A DNA stretch of 64,000 nucleotides from Eledone cirrhosa (taxonomy: Eukaryota), in the NCBI GenBank assembly GCA_964016885.1, contig OZ024741.1, positions 212,474,001 to 212,538,000 on the forward strand. The letters are read 5' to 3'. Positions within the stretch are counted from its first letter, which is position 1; each line of letters starts with the position of its first letter. Under the pieces are notes generated by a model. It had not been told where the DNA came from, ran no database searches, and was given only the letters and a program-made list of their open reading frames with translations. This document shows, piece after piece, positions 52,600-64,000 of the stretch. A program made the position numbers and the translations under genes.

Positions 52600-53595
52600 C
52601 GATCACCGTTTGTCGGACAGGTCACTCCACAGCTCGTGTCTATTACTGAGCTGCCGTTGTGAATCAAGCAAAGTCCAAGATTAGGCACCAGGCAACAGAA
52701 ATATTGTTAGGCGCTCACAGTCCGCTACCACTCGGGCAATGTAGTCAGAAGAAATTCCACTTTAGTCTCCTATAGTGCACTAGTGTTATGCGTGTCGACG
52801 AAATCAAACTAACCAGTCTGTTCCAGAGAACTTTCAAGCCGAGGACTATGGATAATTTCCACAAATCCCTGGCTTGGCAATGCAACCGGAATTACTGCCT
52901 GTTCGAGACAAACATCGCCGGCACGGAAGTGCTGTCAGATAGACCTGTCCAAGATGACCGCAGAGTGATCGAACTTTTGAGCACGCAGTTATCCAGTTGC
53001 TGTGCATTACTGACTTGACTTGTAGTGTTTAGTTAAACAGTATTATCACATGTATGACGGATCTGGCTATAGATTGAGTACATTGTGAAGATGGCACCAC
53101 CGATATCTTTTAGCCGGAAAGAGCAGATAGTTCTCTGGGTTTAGGGAACTAACTTGTGTTGCGGACGCGGTTGAAAGGAGTGAAGAGAGATACTTTCCAT
53201 TTCGTTCAAGCCCTCATCAATCTTTTCAATTTCCACACGGAAAGGGATGTGAGGATGGAGAAGGAATTGCTGCACACCAGTACATTTGTTAAAAGGTGGT
53301 TGAATATATCGAGAATATAAAAGTGGATGGGCCTACTCTGACGACACCAGTTCCGAGAGGAGAGAGACTTCTTCCTATGGTGTTCTTGGAGGTTGGGTCT
53401 GTTTAGGATCTGTGGAGTTCCTAAGCTACACCTGGGTAGTCCTCCTTTCCACGGGGTAATTTATATTGTCATTAATTTATTGTTTGTTATGTTTGCACAT
53501 TTTCAATTCTTTCCTTCTTTTGTAAGACACAACTCTCGCTGTTTTTTGTATTGTCTGACATTTTTCGGCCTTTGTGGCTAATAAAGAAAGCATTA
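52600..53595 (+). mobile_element. Older, degenerate Tx1-like LINE 3' portion
   Basis: FQRTFKPRTMDNFHKSLAWQC matches FGRTFGPGPMDNFQKSLAWQC; ends GTGGCTAATAAAGAAAGC(ATT)n. Confidence 0.8.
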
Positions 53596-53610
53596 TTATT
53601 ATTATCATTA

Positions 53611-55450
53611 GGGAGGTGGATTTGCAGTATCGGTAGAGGGTCAGACACCATGCTTTGAAACATAGAGTTATGGTCCTTTATGATCTGAATTGAGGTTAAC
53701 TTTGCCTTTCATCCTTACGGATGAAATAAAGTATCAGTCACGCACTGAAGTCAATTTAATCGACTTTCCTCTCCCCCGAAATTGCTGGCCTTGTGCCTAT
53801 ATAAGAAACCATTATTATTACGGCCCTTTATGGTCTGAGTTCAAATCCCGCCACGGTTAACTTTGCCTTTCATCCTTACGGGGTCGATAAAATAAAGTAC
53901 CAGTAATACACTGAGATAATTGCTGGCCTTGTGCCAAATGTAGAAACAATTATTATTGAGGGCGATGGATTGGCAGTATTGGTAGAACGCCAGACACTAT
54001 GGTTCGCGGAATAAAAATATGACCATTTAAGTTCTGAGTTCAAATCCCGCCGAAGTTACCTCCACCTTTAATCTGTCGATAAAATAAAGTAGCAGAAATC
54101 CCTGGCTTGGCAATGCAGCCTGTTCGAGACAAACATCGCAGGCATGGAAGTAATGTCAGATAGACCTGTCCGAGATCGCGGACCGATTTAATCAACTTCC
54201 TAATAATTTGTATTTGAAGGGTAGTGACCCTTCAAATTCAAATTATTATGATTTTTAATTCATCCTTACGGGGTCGATAAAATAAAGTACCAGTAATGCA
54301 CTAAGGTAATTGCTGGCCTTGTGCCTAAAGTAGAAACAATTATTATGATTTTTAAGCGTTTTACGTCCGAAGTCAACTTTAATAGGTATCCGTCTATTTG
54401 AAGTAAAATAAAGTGACAATGTCGCACTGGGGTTTATGTAATCCGCTGTCCACAAATTACTGGCCTTGTTCGTGAATTAGATATTATTATTATTATGCCT
54501 GTTTTTAACATTATTATAAATATTATTATAAATAAGGGCGCTTGATTGTTAGTATGGGTAGAGCGTCGGACAACCTTCTTTTAGACGTACATTTACGTCA
54601 CTTTACGTTCTGAATTCAAATCCTATCGTGGTTAGCCTTGCCATTCATCCTTACAGGGTTAATAAACCATAGCACCAGAAAGATACTGGGGTCTATGTGT
54701 GCGCATTTACATTCTGAGTTCAAATCCCACTGAGGTTAGCTTTGCCTTACATTCTTACGGGGTCGATAAAATAAAGCACCAGTAACACACTGGGGTCTAT
54801 TTATGCGCCTTTACAATCTGAGTTCAAATCCCACCAAAGTTCGCTTTCTATTCCTTACTTACGGGGTGGATAAAATAAAGCACCAGTAAGACACTTGGGC
54901 CGATTTACGTCCCTTTACAATCCGTGTTCAAATGCCGCCGAGGTTATCTTTGCCTTTCATCTTTACAGGGGTCAATGAAATCAAATCCAGTAATGCACTG
55001 GGGTCGATTTAATCGACTCTCCCATAACCCTCCCCCAAATGTCGGCCTTGTTCCTAACTGAGAAACGCTTTGGATTAACAGTATTGGTAGAGAGTCGGAC
55101 GCCATGCTGTGCATCATAGAGTTACGGCCCTTTATGATCTGAGTTCAAATCCCGCCGAGGTTAACTTTGCCTTTCATCCTTACGGGATCGATAAAATAAA
55201 GTACCAGTAATCTACTGAATAATTGCTGTCCTTGTGCCAAAAGTAGAAACAATTATTATAAGGTGGATTGACAGTATTGATAGAAGGTCGGACACAATGC
55301 TCTGACGCATAGAGCTACGGCCCTTGCCATTCTGAAGACAAATCATGCCGAGGTTAACCTAGACTTTCATTCTTACGGGGTCGATAAAATAAAGTACCAG
55401 TAATACACTGAGATAATTGCTGTCCTTTTGCCAAAAGTATAAACAATTAT
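53611..55450 (+). mobile_element. Cluster of ~8-10 head-to-tail SINE-A copies and fragments
   Basis: Repeated B box, central domain and AGAAACAATTATT tails, all on the + strand. Confidence 0.85.
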
Positions 55451-55564
55451 TATATAAATAATATACGTAAATAAAAGAAATCCTGGTAGGCTCTAGTCAA
55501 CGAAATGATAATGGCTGTAGTGTGGTATGGTAAAATATTGTTAGATTACTATAGATATCTCTCT

Positions 55565-55576
55565 CTAAATATGGCG

Positions 55577-55609
<33 letters not shown>

Positions 55610-56077
55610 GGCTACTGAAGTTGGCGCTGCAGTTGTTGTCGTTGTTGTTGTTGTGGCTGAGGCTGCTTCTGAAGTTGGTGCTGGTTTTGTTGTTGCTGTT
55701 GTTGTTGTTGTGGCTACTGTTGCTTCTGAAGTTGGTGCTGGTGTTGTTGTTGTTGCTGTGGCTACTGCTGCTTCTGAAGTTGGTGCTGGTGTTGTTGTTG
55801 CTGTTGTTGTTGTTGTGGCTACTGCTGCTTCTGAAGTTGGTGCTGGTGTTGTTGTTGCTGTTGTTGTTGTTGTGACTACTGCTGCTTCTGAAGTTGGTGC
55901 TGGTGTTGTTGTTGTTGTTGTTGTTGTTGTTGTGGCTACTGCTGCTTCTGAAGTTGGTGCTGCAGTTGTTGTCGTTCTCGCTGTTTCTGTTGCTGCAGTT
56001 GTTGTTGTTGTTGTTGCTGTAGTTGCAGTTGGTGTTGTTGTTGTGCCGGCTACTGGTGCTTCTGAAGTTGGTGCTGG

Positions 56078-56110
<33 letters not shown>

Positions 56111-57911
56111 GCCGGCTACTGATGCTTCTGAAGTTGCTGATGGTGCTATTGTGGTTCGTGTTGTTGTTACTGAAGTTGTTGTTGTAGTTACTGGAGCCTC
56201 TGAGGTTGGTGCTGCAGTTGTTGTGGCTACTGCTGCTTCTGAAGTTGTTGCTGTTGTTGTTGTTGTTGTGGCTACTGCTGCTTCTGAAGTTATTGCTGTT
56301 GTTGTTGTTGTTGTGGCTACTGCTGCTTCTGAAGTTATTGCTGTTGTTGTTGTTGTTGTTATTGTGGCTACTGCTGCTTTTGAAGTTATTGCTGTTGTTG
56401 TTGTTCTTGTTGTGGCTACTGCTGTTTCTGAAGTTGGTGCTGATATTGATGTGGTTCTTGTTGTTGTGGCTACTGTTGCTTTTGAAGTTGGTGCTGCAGT
56501 TGTTCTTATTGTTGTTGTGGCTACTGCTGCTTTTGAAGTTGGTGCTGGTGTTGCTGTTGTTGTTGTTGTTGTTGGGGTGGTGCTGCAGCTGCTGGTGTTG
56601 CTGGTGTTGCTGGTGTTGCTGGTGCTGGCTGTTGCGATTCTTGTTGCTGCTGTTGTTGTTGTTGTTGTTACTGCTGCTTCTGAAGTTGATGTTGATGTGT
56701 TTGCTATTATAATTGTTGTTGCTGTTGTTGCTGCTGTTGTTGCTACTGTTGCTGTTGTAGTTGCTGTTGGTATTGCTGTTGCTGTTGTTGCTGCTGATGT
56801 TACTGCTGGAGTTGTTGCTGGTGTTACTGTTGTTGTTGGCGGTGGTGTTACTGCTGTTGTTGGTGTTACTGCTGTTGTTGTTGTTGGTGTTACTGCTGGT
56901 GTTGTTGGTGATGTCACTGCTGTTGTTGTTGGTGGTATTACTGCTGTTGTTGTTGGTGGTGTTACTGCTGTTGTTGTTGTTGGTGTTACTGCTGTTGTTG
57001 TTGTTGGTGTTACTGCTGCTGTTGTTGGTGGTATTACTGCTGCTGTTGTTGGTAGTGTTACTGCTGTTGTTGTTGTTGGTGTTACTGCTGTTGTTGTTGT
57101 TGGTGTTACTGCTGCTGTTGTTGGTGGTGTTACTGCTGTTGTTGTTGTTGTTGTTGGTGTTACTGCTGTTGTTGCTGTCTGTGTTACTGCTGTTGTTGTT
57201 GTTGTTGGTGTTACTGCTGTTGTTGTTGTTGGTGTTACTGCTGTTGTTGTTGTTGGTGTTACTGCTGCTGTTGTTGGTGGTGTTACTGCTGTTGTTGTTG
57301 TTGTTGGTGTTACTGCTGTTGTTGCTGTCGGTGTTACTGCTGTTGTTGTTGTTGGTGTTACTGCTGTTGTTGTTGTTGGTGTTACTGCTGTTGTTGTTGG
57401 TGGTGTTACTGCTGTTGTTGTTGGTGGTGTTACTGCTGTTGTTGTTGTTGGTGTTACTGCTGTTGTTGTTCTTGGTGTTACTGCTGTTGTTGCTGTTGCT
57501 GTTACTGTTGTTGTTGTTGTTGTTGGTGTCACTGCTGTTGTTGTTGTTGGTGTTACTGCTGTTGTTGTTGGTGGTGTTACTGCTGTTGTTGTTGTTGGTG
57601 TTACTGCTGTTGTTGTTGTTGGTGTTACTGCTGTTGTTGTTGTTGGTGTTACTGCTGTTGTTGTTGTTGCTGTTACTGTTGTTGTTGTTGTTGGTGTTAC
57701 TGCAATTGTTGTTGGTGGTGTTACTGCTGTTGTTGTTGTTGGTGTTACTGCTGTTGTTGTTGGTGGTGTTACTGCTGTTGTTGTTGTTGGTGTTACTGCT
57801 GTTGTTGTTGTTGGTGTTACTGCTGCTGTTGTTGGTGGTGTTACTGCTGTTGTTGTTGTTGGTGTTACTGCTGTTGTTGCTGTCGGTGTTACTGTTGTTG
57901 TTGTTGCTAGT
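55565..57911 (-). CDS. Mucin-like Thr/Pro/Ala/Val/Ser repeat reading frame (TAVTPTTT, then PAPTSEAAVATTT units)
   Basis: About 780 stop-free codons ending at TAG 55565, with PTS-like composition. No signal peptide, globular domain or splice acceptor is visible, so it could be non-coding satellite. Confidence 0.4.
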
Positions 57912-60900
57912 GTTACTGCTGTGTTGTTGTTGCTGTTACTGTTGTTGTTGTTGTTGGTGTTACTGCTGTTGTTGTTGTTGGTGTTACTGCTGTTGTTGTT
58001 GGTGGTGTTACTGCTGTTGTTGTTGGTGGTGTTACTGCTGTTGTTGTTGTTGGTGTTACTGCTGTTGTTGCTGTTGCTGTTACTGCTGTTGTTTCTGTTG
58101 CTGTTACTGTTGTTGTTGTTGTTGTTGGTGTCACTGCTGTTGTTGTTGTTGTTGGTGTTACTGCTGTTGTTGTTGGTGGTGTTACTGCTGTTGTTGTTGT
58201 TGGTGTTACTGCTGTTGTTGTTGCTGTTACTGTTGTTGTTGTTGTTGTTGGTGTCACTGCTGTTGTTGTTGTTGTTGGTGTTACTGCTGTTGTTGTTGGT
58301 GGTGTTACTGCTGTTGTTGTTGTTGGTGTTACTGCTGTTGTTGTTGTTGCTGTTACTGTTGTTGTTGTTGTTGGTGTTACTGCAATTGTTGTTGTTGGTG
58401 TTACTGCTGTTGTTGTTGTTGCTGTTACTGTTGTTGTTGTTGTTGGCATTACTGCTGTTGTTGTTGGTGGTGTTACTGCTGTTGTTGTTGTTGGTGTTAC
58501 TGCTGTTGTTGTTGTTGGTGTTACTGCTGTTGTTGTTGTTGCTGTTACTGTTGTTGTTGTTGTTGTTGGTGGTGTTACTGCTGATGTTGTTGGTGGTGTT
58601 ACTACTGTTGTTGTTGGTGGTGTTACTGCTGATGTTGTTGGTGGTGTTACTGCTGTTGTTGTTGTTGGAGTTACTACTGTTGTTGTTGTTGGTGTTACTG
58701 CTGTTGTTGTTGGTGGTGTTACTGATGTTGTTGTTGCTGCTGGTGTTACTGCTGTTGTAGTTGTTGGTGTTACTGTTGCTGTTTTTGTTGGTGTTACTGC
58801 TGTTGTTGTTGTTGGTGTTACTGCTGTTGTTGTTGTTGGTGTTACTGCTGTTGTTGTTGTTGGTGTTACTGCTGCTGTTGTTGTTGGTGTTACTGCTGCT
58901 GTTGTTGTTGGTGTTACTGCTGTTGTTGTTGTTGGTGTCACTGCTGTTGTTGTTGTTGGTGTTACTATTGTTGTTGTTGTTGTTACTGCTGGTGCGGTTG
59001 TCGTTGGTGGTGTTACTGCTGTTGTTGTTGGTGGTGTTACTACTGTTGTTGTTGTTGGTGTTACTGTTGTTGTTGTTGTTGTTACTGCTGTTGTTGTTGG
59101 TGTTACTGCTGTTGATGTTGTTGGTGCTACTGCTGTTGTTGTTGGTGTTACTGCTATTGTTGTTGTTGGTGTTACTGCTGCTGTTGTTGTTGGTGTTACT
59201 GCTGCTGTTGTTGTTGGTGTTACTGCTGTTGTTGTTGGTGGTGTTACTGCTGTTGTTGTTGTTGGTGTTACTACTGTTGTTGTTGGTGTTATTGCTGCTG
59301 ACATTGTTGGTGGTTTTACTGCTGCTGTTGTTGTTGGTGTTACTGCTGTTGTTGTTGTTGGTGTTACTACTGCTGTTGTTGTTGGTGTTACTGTGTTGTG
59401 GTTGTTGCTGTTACTGCTGTTGGTGGTGGTGGTGTTACTGCTGTTGTTGTTGTTGGTGTTACTGCTGTTGTTGTTGGTGGTTTTACTGCTGCTTTTGAAG
59501 TTGGTGCTGGTGTTGTTGTCGTTGCTGTTGTTGTGGCTGCTGCTGCTGCTGGTGTTGCTGGTGTTGCTGGTGTTGCTGGTGCTGCTGGTGTTGCTGGAGC
59601 TGGCTGTTGCGATTCTTGTTGCTGCTGCTGTTGTTGTTATTACTGCTGGTTCTGAAGTTGGTGTTGATGTGTTTGCTATTATAATTGTTGTTGCTGTGTT
59701 CTGCTGTTGTTGCTAATGTTGTGGTTGTTGTTGCTGCTGCTTCTGCAGTTGTTGCTAGTGCTATTGCTATTGTAATTGTTGCTGTTATTGTTGTAGTTGC
59801 TCTTATTGCTGCTGTTGGGCTTTTTGTTGCTTCTGCGGATTCTGCAGTTGCTGCTGCTGCTATTGGAACTGTTTTTGCTGCCGTTATGTGCTTATTGCTG
59901 CTACTACTGTTGTTGTAGTTGATGATGATTATTTTCTGCTGTTTCTGTTGTTGCTGTAGTAGTTGTACTACTGTTGTTGGTCCTACAGCTGTTGCTATTG
60001 CTGCTGACGCTGCAGTTGCTTCTTCTGCTACTAATATTGTTGTTGCTGCTGCAGCAGTTGTCATGAAGTTGTTGTTGCGTTCGTTACTTATGTTGCTGTT
60101 GTAGTTGCTGTTGCTGTTGTTGCTGCTGGTGTTACTGCTGTTGTTGCTGTTGTTGTTACTACTGTTGTTGTTGGTGGCTTTACTGCTGTTGTTGTTGTTG
60201 GTGTTACTGCTGTTGTTGTTGGTGGTGTTACTGCTGTTGTTGTTGTTGTTGTTGGTGTTACTGCTGTTGTTGCTGTCGGTGTTACTGCTGTTGTTGTTGG
60301 TGGTGTTACTACTGTTGTTGTTGTTGGTGTTACTGCTGTTGTTGTTGGTGGTGTTACTGCTGTTGTTGTTGGTGTTACTGCTGTTGTTGCTGTCGGTGTT
60401 ACTGCTGTTGTTGTAGGTGGTGTTACTGCTGTTGTTGTTGTTGTTGGTGTTACTGCTGTTATTTTTGTTGTTGGTGTTACTGCTGTTGTTGTTGGTGGTG
60501 TTACTGCTGTTGTTGTTGTTGTTGGTGTTACTGCTGTTGTTGCTGTCGGTGTTACTGCTGTTGTTGTTGGTGGTGTTACTACTGTTGTTGTTGTTGGTGT
60601 TACTGCTGTTGTTGTTGTTGTAACTGCTGGTATGGTGTTGGTGTTACTACTGTTGTTGTTGTTGGTGGTGTTACTGCTGCGGTTGTTGTTGGTGTTACTG
60701 CTGTTGTTGTTGGTGGTGTTACTGCTGTTGTTGTTGTTGGTGTTACTGTTGTTGTTGTTGGTGGTGTTACTGCTGTTGTTGTTGTTGGTGTTACTGTTGT
60801 TGTTGTTGGTGGTGTTACTGCTGTTGTTGTTGTTGTTGGTGTTACTGCTGTTGTTGCTGTCGGTGTTACTGCTGTTGTTGTTGGTGGTGTTACTACTGTT

Positions 60901-61852
60901 GTTGCTGTTGGTGTTACTGCTGTTGTTGTTGTTGTTGTAACTGCTGGTATTGTTGTTGGTGTTACTACTGTTGTTGTTGTTGGTGGTGTTACTGCTGCGG
61001 TTGTTGTTGGTGTTACTGCTGTTGTTGTTGGTGGTGTTACTGCTGTTGTTGTTGTTGGTGTTACTGTTGTTGTTGTTGGTGGTGTTACTGGTGTTTTTGT
61101 TGGTGGTTTTACTGCTGTTGTTGTTGGTGGTTTTACTGCTGCTTTTGAAGTTGGTGCTGGTGTTGTTGTCGTTGTTCTTGTTGTGGCTGCTGCTGCTGCT
61201 GCTGCTGGTGTTGCTGGTGTTGCTGGTGTTGCTGGTGCTGCTGGTGTTGCTGGAGCTGGCTGTTGCGATTCTTGTTGCTGCTGCTATTGTTGTTGTTGTT
61301 ACTGCTGCTTCTGAAGTTGCTGTTGATGTGTTTGCTTTTATAATTGTTGTTGCTGTTGTTCTGCTGTTGTTGCTACTTTTGTGGTTGTTGTTGTTGTTGC
61401 TGCTATTCTGCAGTTGTTGCTAGTGCTATTGCTATTGTAATTGTTGCTGTCATTGTTGTAGTTGCTCTTATTGCTGCTGTTGGGATTTTTGTTGCTACTG
61501 CGGATTCTGCAGTTGCTGCTGCTGCTATTGGAATTGTTTTTGCTGCTGTTATGTGCTTATTGCTGCTACTACTGTTGTTGTAGTTGATGATGATTACTTG
61601 CTGCTGTTTCTGTTGTTGCTGTAGTAGTTGTACTACTGTTGTTGGTCCTACAGCTGTTGCTATTGCTGCTGACGCTGCAGTTGCTTCTTCTCCTACTAAT
61701 ATTGTTGTTGCTGCTGCAGCAGTTGTCATGAAGTTGTTGTTGCGTTAGTTACTTACGTTGCTGTTGTAGTTGCTGTTGCTATTGTTGCTGTTGGTGTTAC
61801 TGCTGGTGTTGTTGGTGGTGTAAACTGCTGTTGTTGTTGATGGTGGTGTTAC

Positions 61853-61883
<31 letters not shown>

Positions 61884-64000
61884 ACTGCTGTTGTTATTGG
61901 TGGTGTTACTGCTGTTGTTGTTGTTGGTGTTACTGCTGTTGTTGTTGTTGGTGTTACTGCTGATGCTGCTGTCGTTGTTGGTGTCACTGCTGTGATGTTG
62001 CTGCTGGTGTTACTGCTGCTGTTGTTGTTGGTGTTACTGCTGTGTTGTTGGTGGTGGTGTTACTGCTGCTGTTGTTGTTGGTGTTACTGCTGTGTTGTTG
62101 GTGGTGGTGTTACTGCTGCTGTTGTTGGTGGTGTTACTGCTGTTGTTGTTGGTGTTACTGCTGCTGTTGTTGTTGGTGTCACTGCTGTGATGTTGCTGCT
62201 GGTGTTACTGCTGCTGTTGTTGTTGGTGTTACTGCTGTGTTGTTGGTGGTGGTGTTACTGCTGCTGTTGTTGGTGGTGTTACTGCTGTTGTTGTTGGTGT
62301 TACTGCTGTTGTTGCTGTTGAGGTTACATCTGTTGTTGTTGTTGGTGTTACTATTGTTGTTGTTGTTGGTGGTGTTACTGTTGTTGTTGTTGTTGTTACT
62401 GCTGTTGTGGTTGGTGGTGTTACTGTTGTTGTTGTTGTTGGTGTTACTGCTGTTGTTGTTGTTGGTGTTACTACTGTTGTTGTTGTTGGTGTCACTGCTG
62501 TTGTTGTTGTTGTTGTTACTGCTGGGGCTGTTATCGTTGGTGGTGTTACTGCTGCTGCTGTAGTTGGTGATACTGCTGTTGTTGTTGTTGGTGTTACTGC
62601 TGGTGCTGTTGTCGTTGGTGGTGTCACTGCTATTGTTGTTGCTGCTGGTGTTACTGCTGGTGTAGTTGTTGGTGTTACTGTTGCTGTTGTTGTTGGTGTT
62701 ACTGCTGTTGTTGTTGTTGGTGTTACTGCTGTTGTTGTTGTTGGTGTTACTGCTGTTGTTGTTGTTGGTGTTACTGCTGTTGTTGTTGTTGGTGTTACTG
62801 CTGTTGTTGTTGTTGGTGTTACTGCTGTTGTTGTTGTTGGTGTTACTGCTGTTGTTGTTGTTGGTGTTACTGCTGCTGTTGTTGTTGGTGTTACTGCTGC
62901 TGTTGTTGGTGTTACTGCTGTTGTTGGTGGTGTTACTGCTGGTGTAGTTGTTGGTGTTACTGTTGCTGTTGTTGTTGGTGTTACTGCTGTTGTTGTTGTT
63001 GGTGTTACTGCTGTTGTTGTTGTTGGTGTTACTGCTGTTGTTGTTGTTGGTGTTACTGCTGCTGTTGTTGTTGGTGTTACTGCTGCTGCTGTTGTTGTTG
63101 CTGTTAGTGTTGTTGTTGTTGTTGTTGGTGTCACTGCTGTCGTTGTTCTTGTTGGTGTTACTGCTGCTGTTGTTGTTGGTGTTACTGCTGCTGCTGTTGT
63201 TGTTGCTGTTACTGTTGTTGTTGTTGTTGTTGGTGGTGTTACTACTGTTGTTGTTGGTGGTGTTACTGCTGTTGTTGTTGGTGGTGTCACTGGTATTGTT
63301 GTTGTTGTTGGTGTTACTACTGTTGTTGTTGGTGGTGTCACTGCTGTTGTTGTTGTTGTTGGTGTTACTGTTGTTGTTGTTGTTGGTGTTACTACTGTTG
63401 TTGTTATTGGTGTCACTGCTGTTGATGTTGTTGTTGGTGTTACTGCTGTTGTTGTTGGTGGTGTTACTGCTGTTGTTGTTGGTGTTACAGCTGTTGTTGT
63501 TGTTGGTGTTACTGCTGTTATTTTTGTTGTTGGTGTTACTGCTGTTGTTGTTGTTGTTGTTGTTGTTGTAACTGCTGCTCTTGTTGATGGTGTTACTACT
63601 GTTGTGTTGTTGGTGTTACTGCTGTTGCTATTGCTGCTGACGCTGCAGTTGCTTCTTCTCCTACTAATATTGTTGTTGCTGCTGCAGCAGTTGTCATGAA
63701 GTTGTTGTTGCGTTAGTTAATTACGTTGCTGTTGTTGTTGCTGTTGCTGTTGTTGCTGCTGGTGTTACTGCTGGTGTTGTTGGTGGTGTCACTGCTGTTG
63801 TTGTTGATGGTGGTGTTACCGTTGTTGTTGTTGTTGTTGTTACTGCTGTTGTTGTTGGTGGTGTTACTGCTGTTGTTGTTGCTGCTGGTGTTACTGCTGT
63901 TGTAGTTGTTAGTGTTACTGTTGCTGTTGTTGTTGGTGTTACTGCTGCTGTTGTTGTTGGTGTTACTGCTGGCGTTGTTGGTGGTGTTACAGTTGTTGTT
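55577..64000. repeat. Trinucleotide-based minisatellite (GGTGTTACTGCTGTTGTTGTT..) with 1.7-2.0 kb higher-order blocks; runs off window end
   Basis: 18-30 bp units; unique marker GTCATGAAGTTGTTGTTGCGTT at 60060, 61725 and 63693. Confidence 0.92.

Noticed and set aside
55608-58760. 1050-aa Val/Leu-rich ORF and poly-Leu/Cys ORFs on the + strand
   Set aside because: Antisense shadow of the (ACA)-based repeat; implausibly hydrophobic and stop-free only by composition.

Overview
AT-rich, gene-poor eukaryotic DNA dominated by microsatellites and transposon debris. The SINE types and repeat landscape suggest a cephalopod, probably octopus (inference). No intact host gene is supported, except possibly a frameshifted Thr/Pro/Ala/Val mucin-like array on the minus strand at 55.6-64 kb. 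Main elements: a decayed full-length Tx1/L1-clade LINE (~19.0-25.0 kb, +) inserted in the (TAA)n tail of an R4/Dong-like retrotransposon (25.1-27.7 kb, -), more than 25 copies of a tRNA-derived SINE, and fragments of CRE, RTE, Penelope-like (PLE), mariner/Tc1, hAT-type and piggyBac-type elements. The most interesting signal is non-coding. At least two unrelated families of small (~472 and ~328 nt) monomers carry minimal type I hammerhead ribozymes with palindromic stem III. They occur as tandem and inverted copies next to (TA)n, both have ATATGCAAAT upstream of the ribozyme, and a PLE fragment with the same ribozyme variant lies in the window. This fits a candidate retrozyme / non-autonomous PLE system that could produce circular RNAs. 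The dominant SINE also shares its 3' tail and ATT target with the Tx1 LINE. Most listed ORFs are microsatellite artefacts. All alignments and folds were done by eye.
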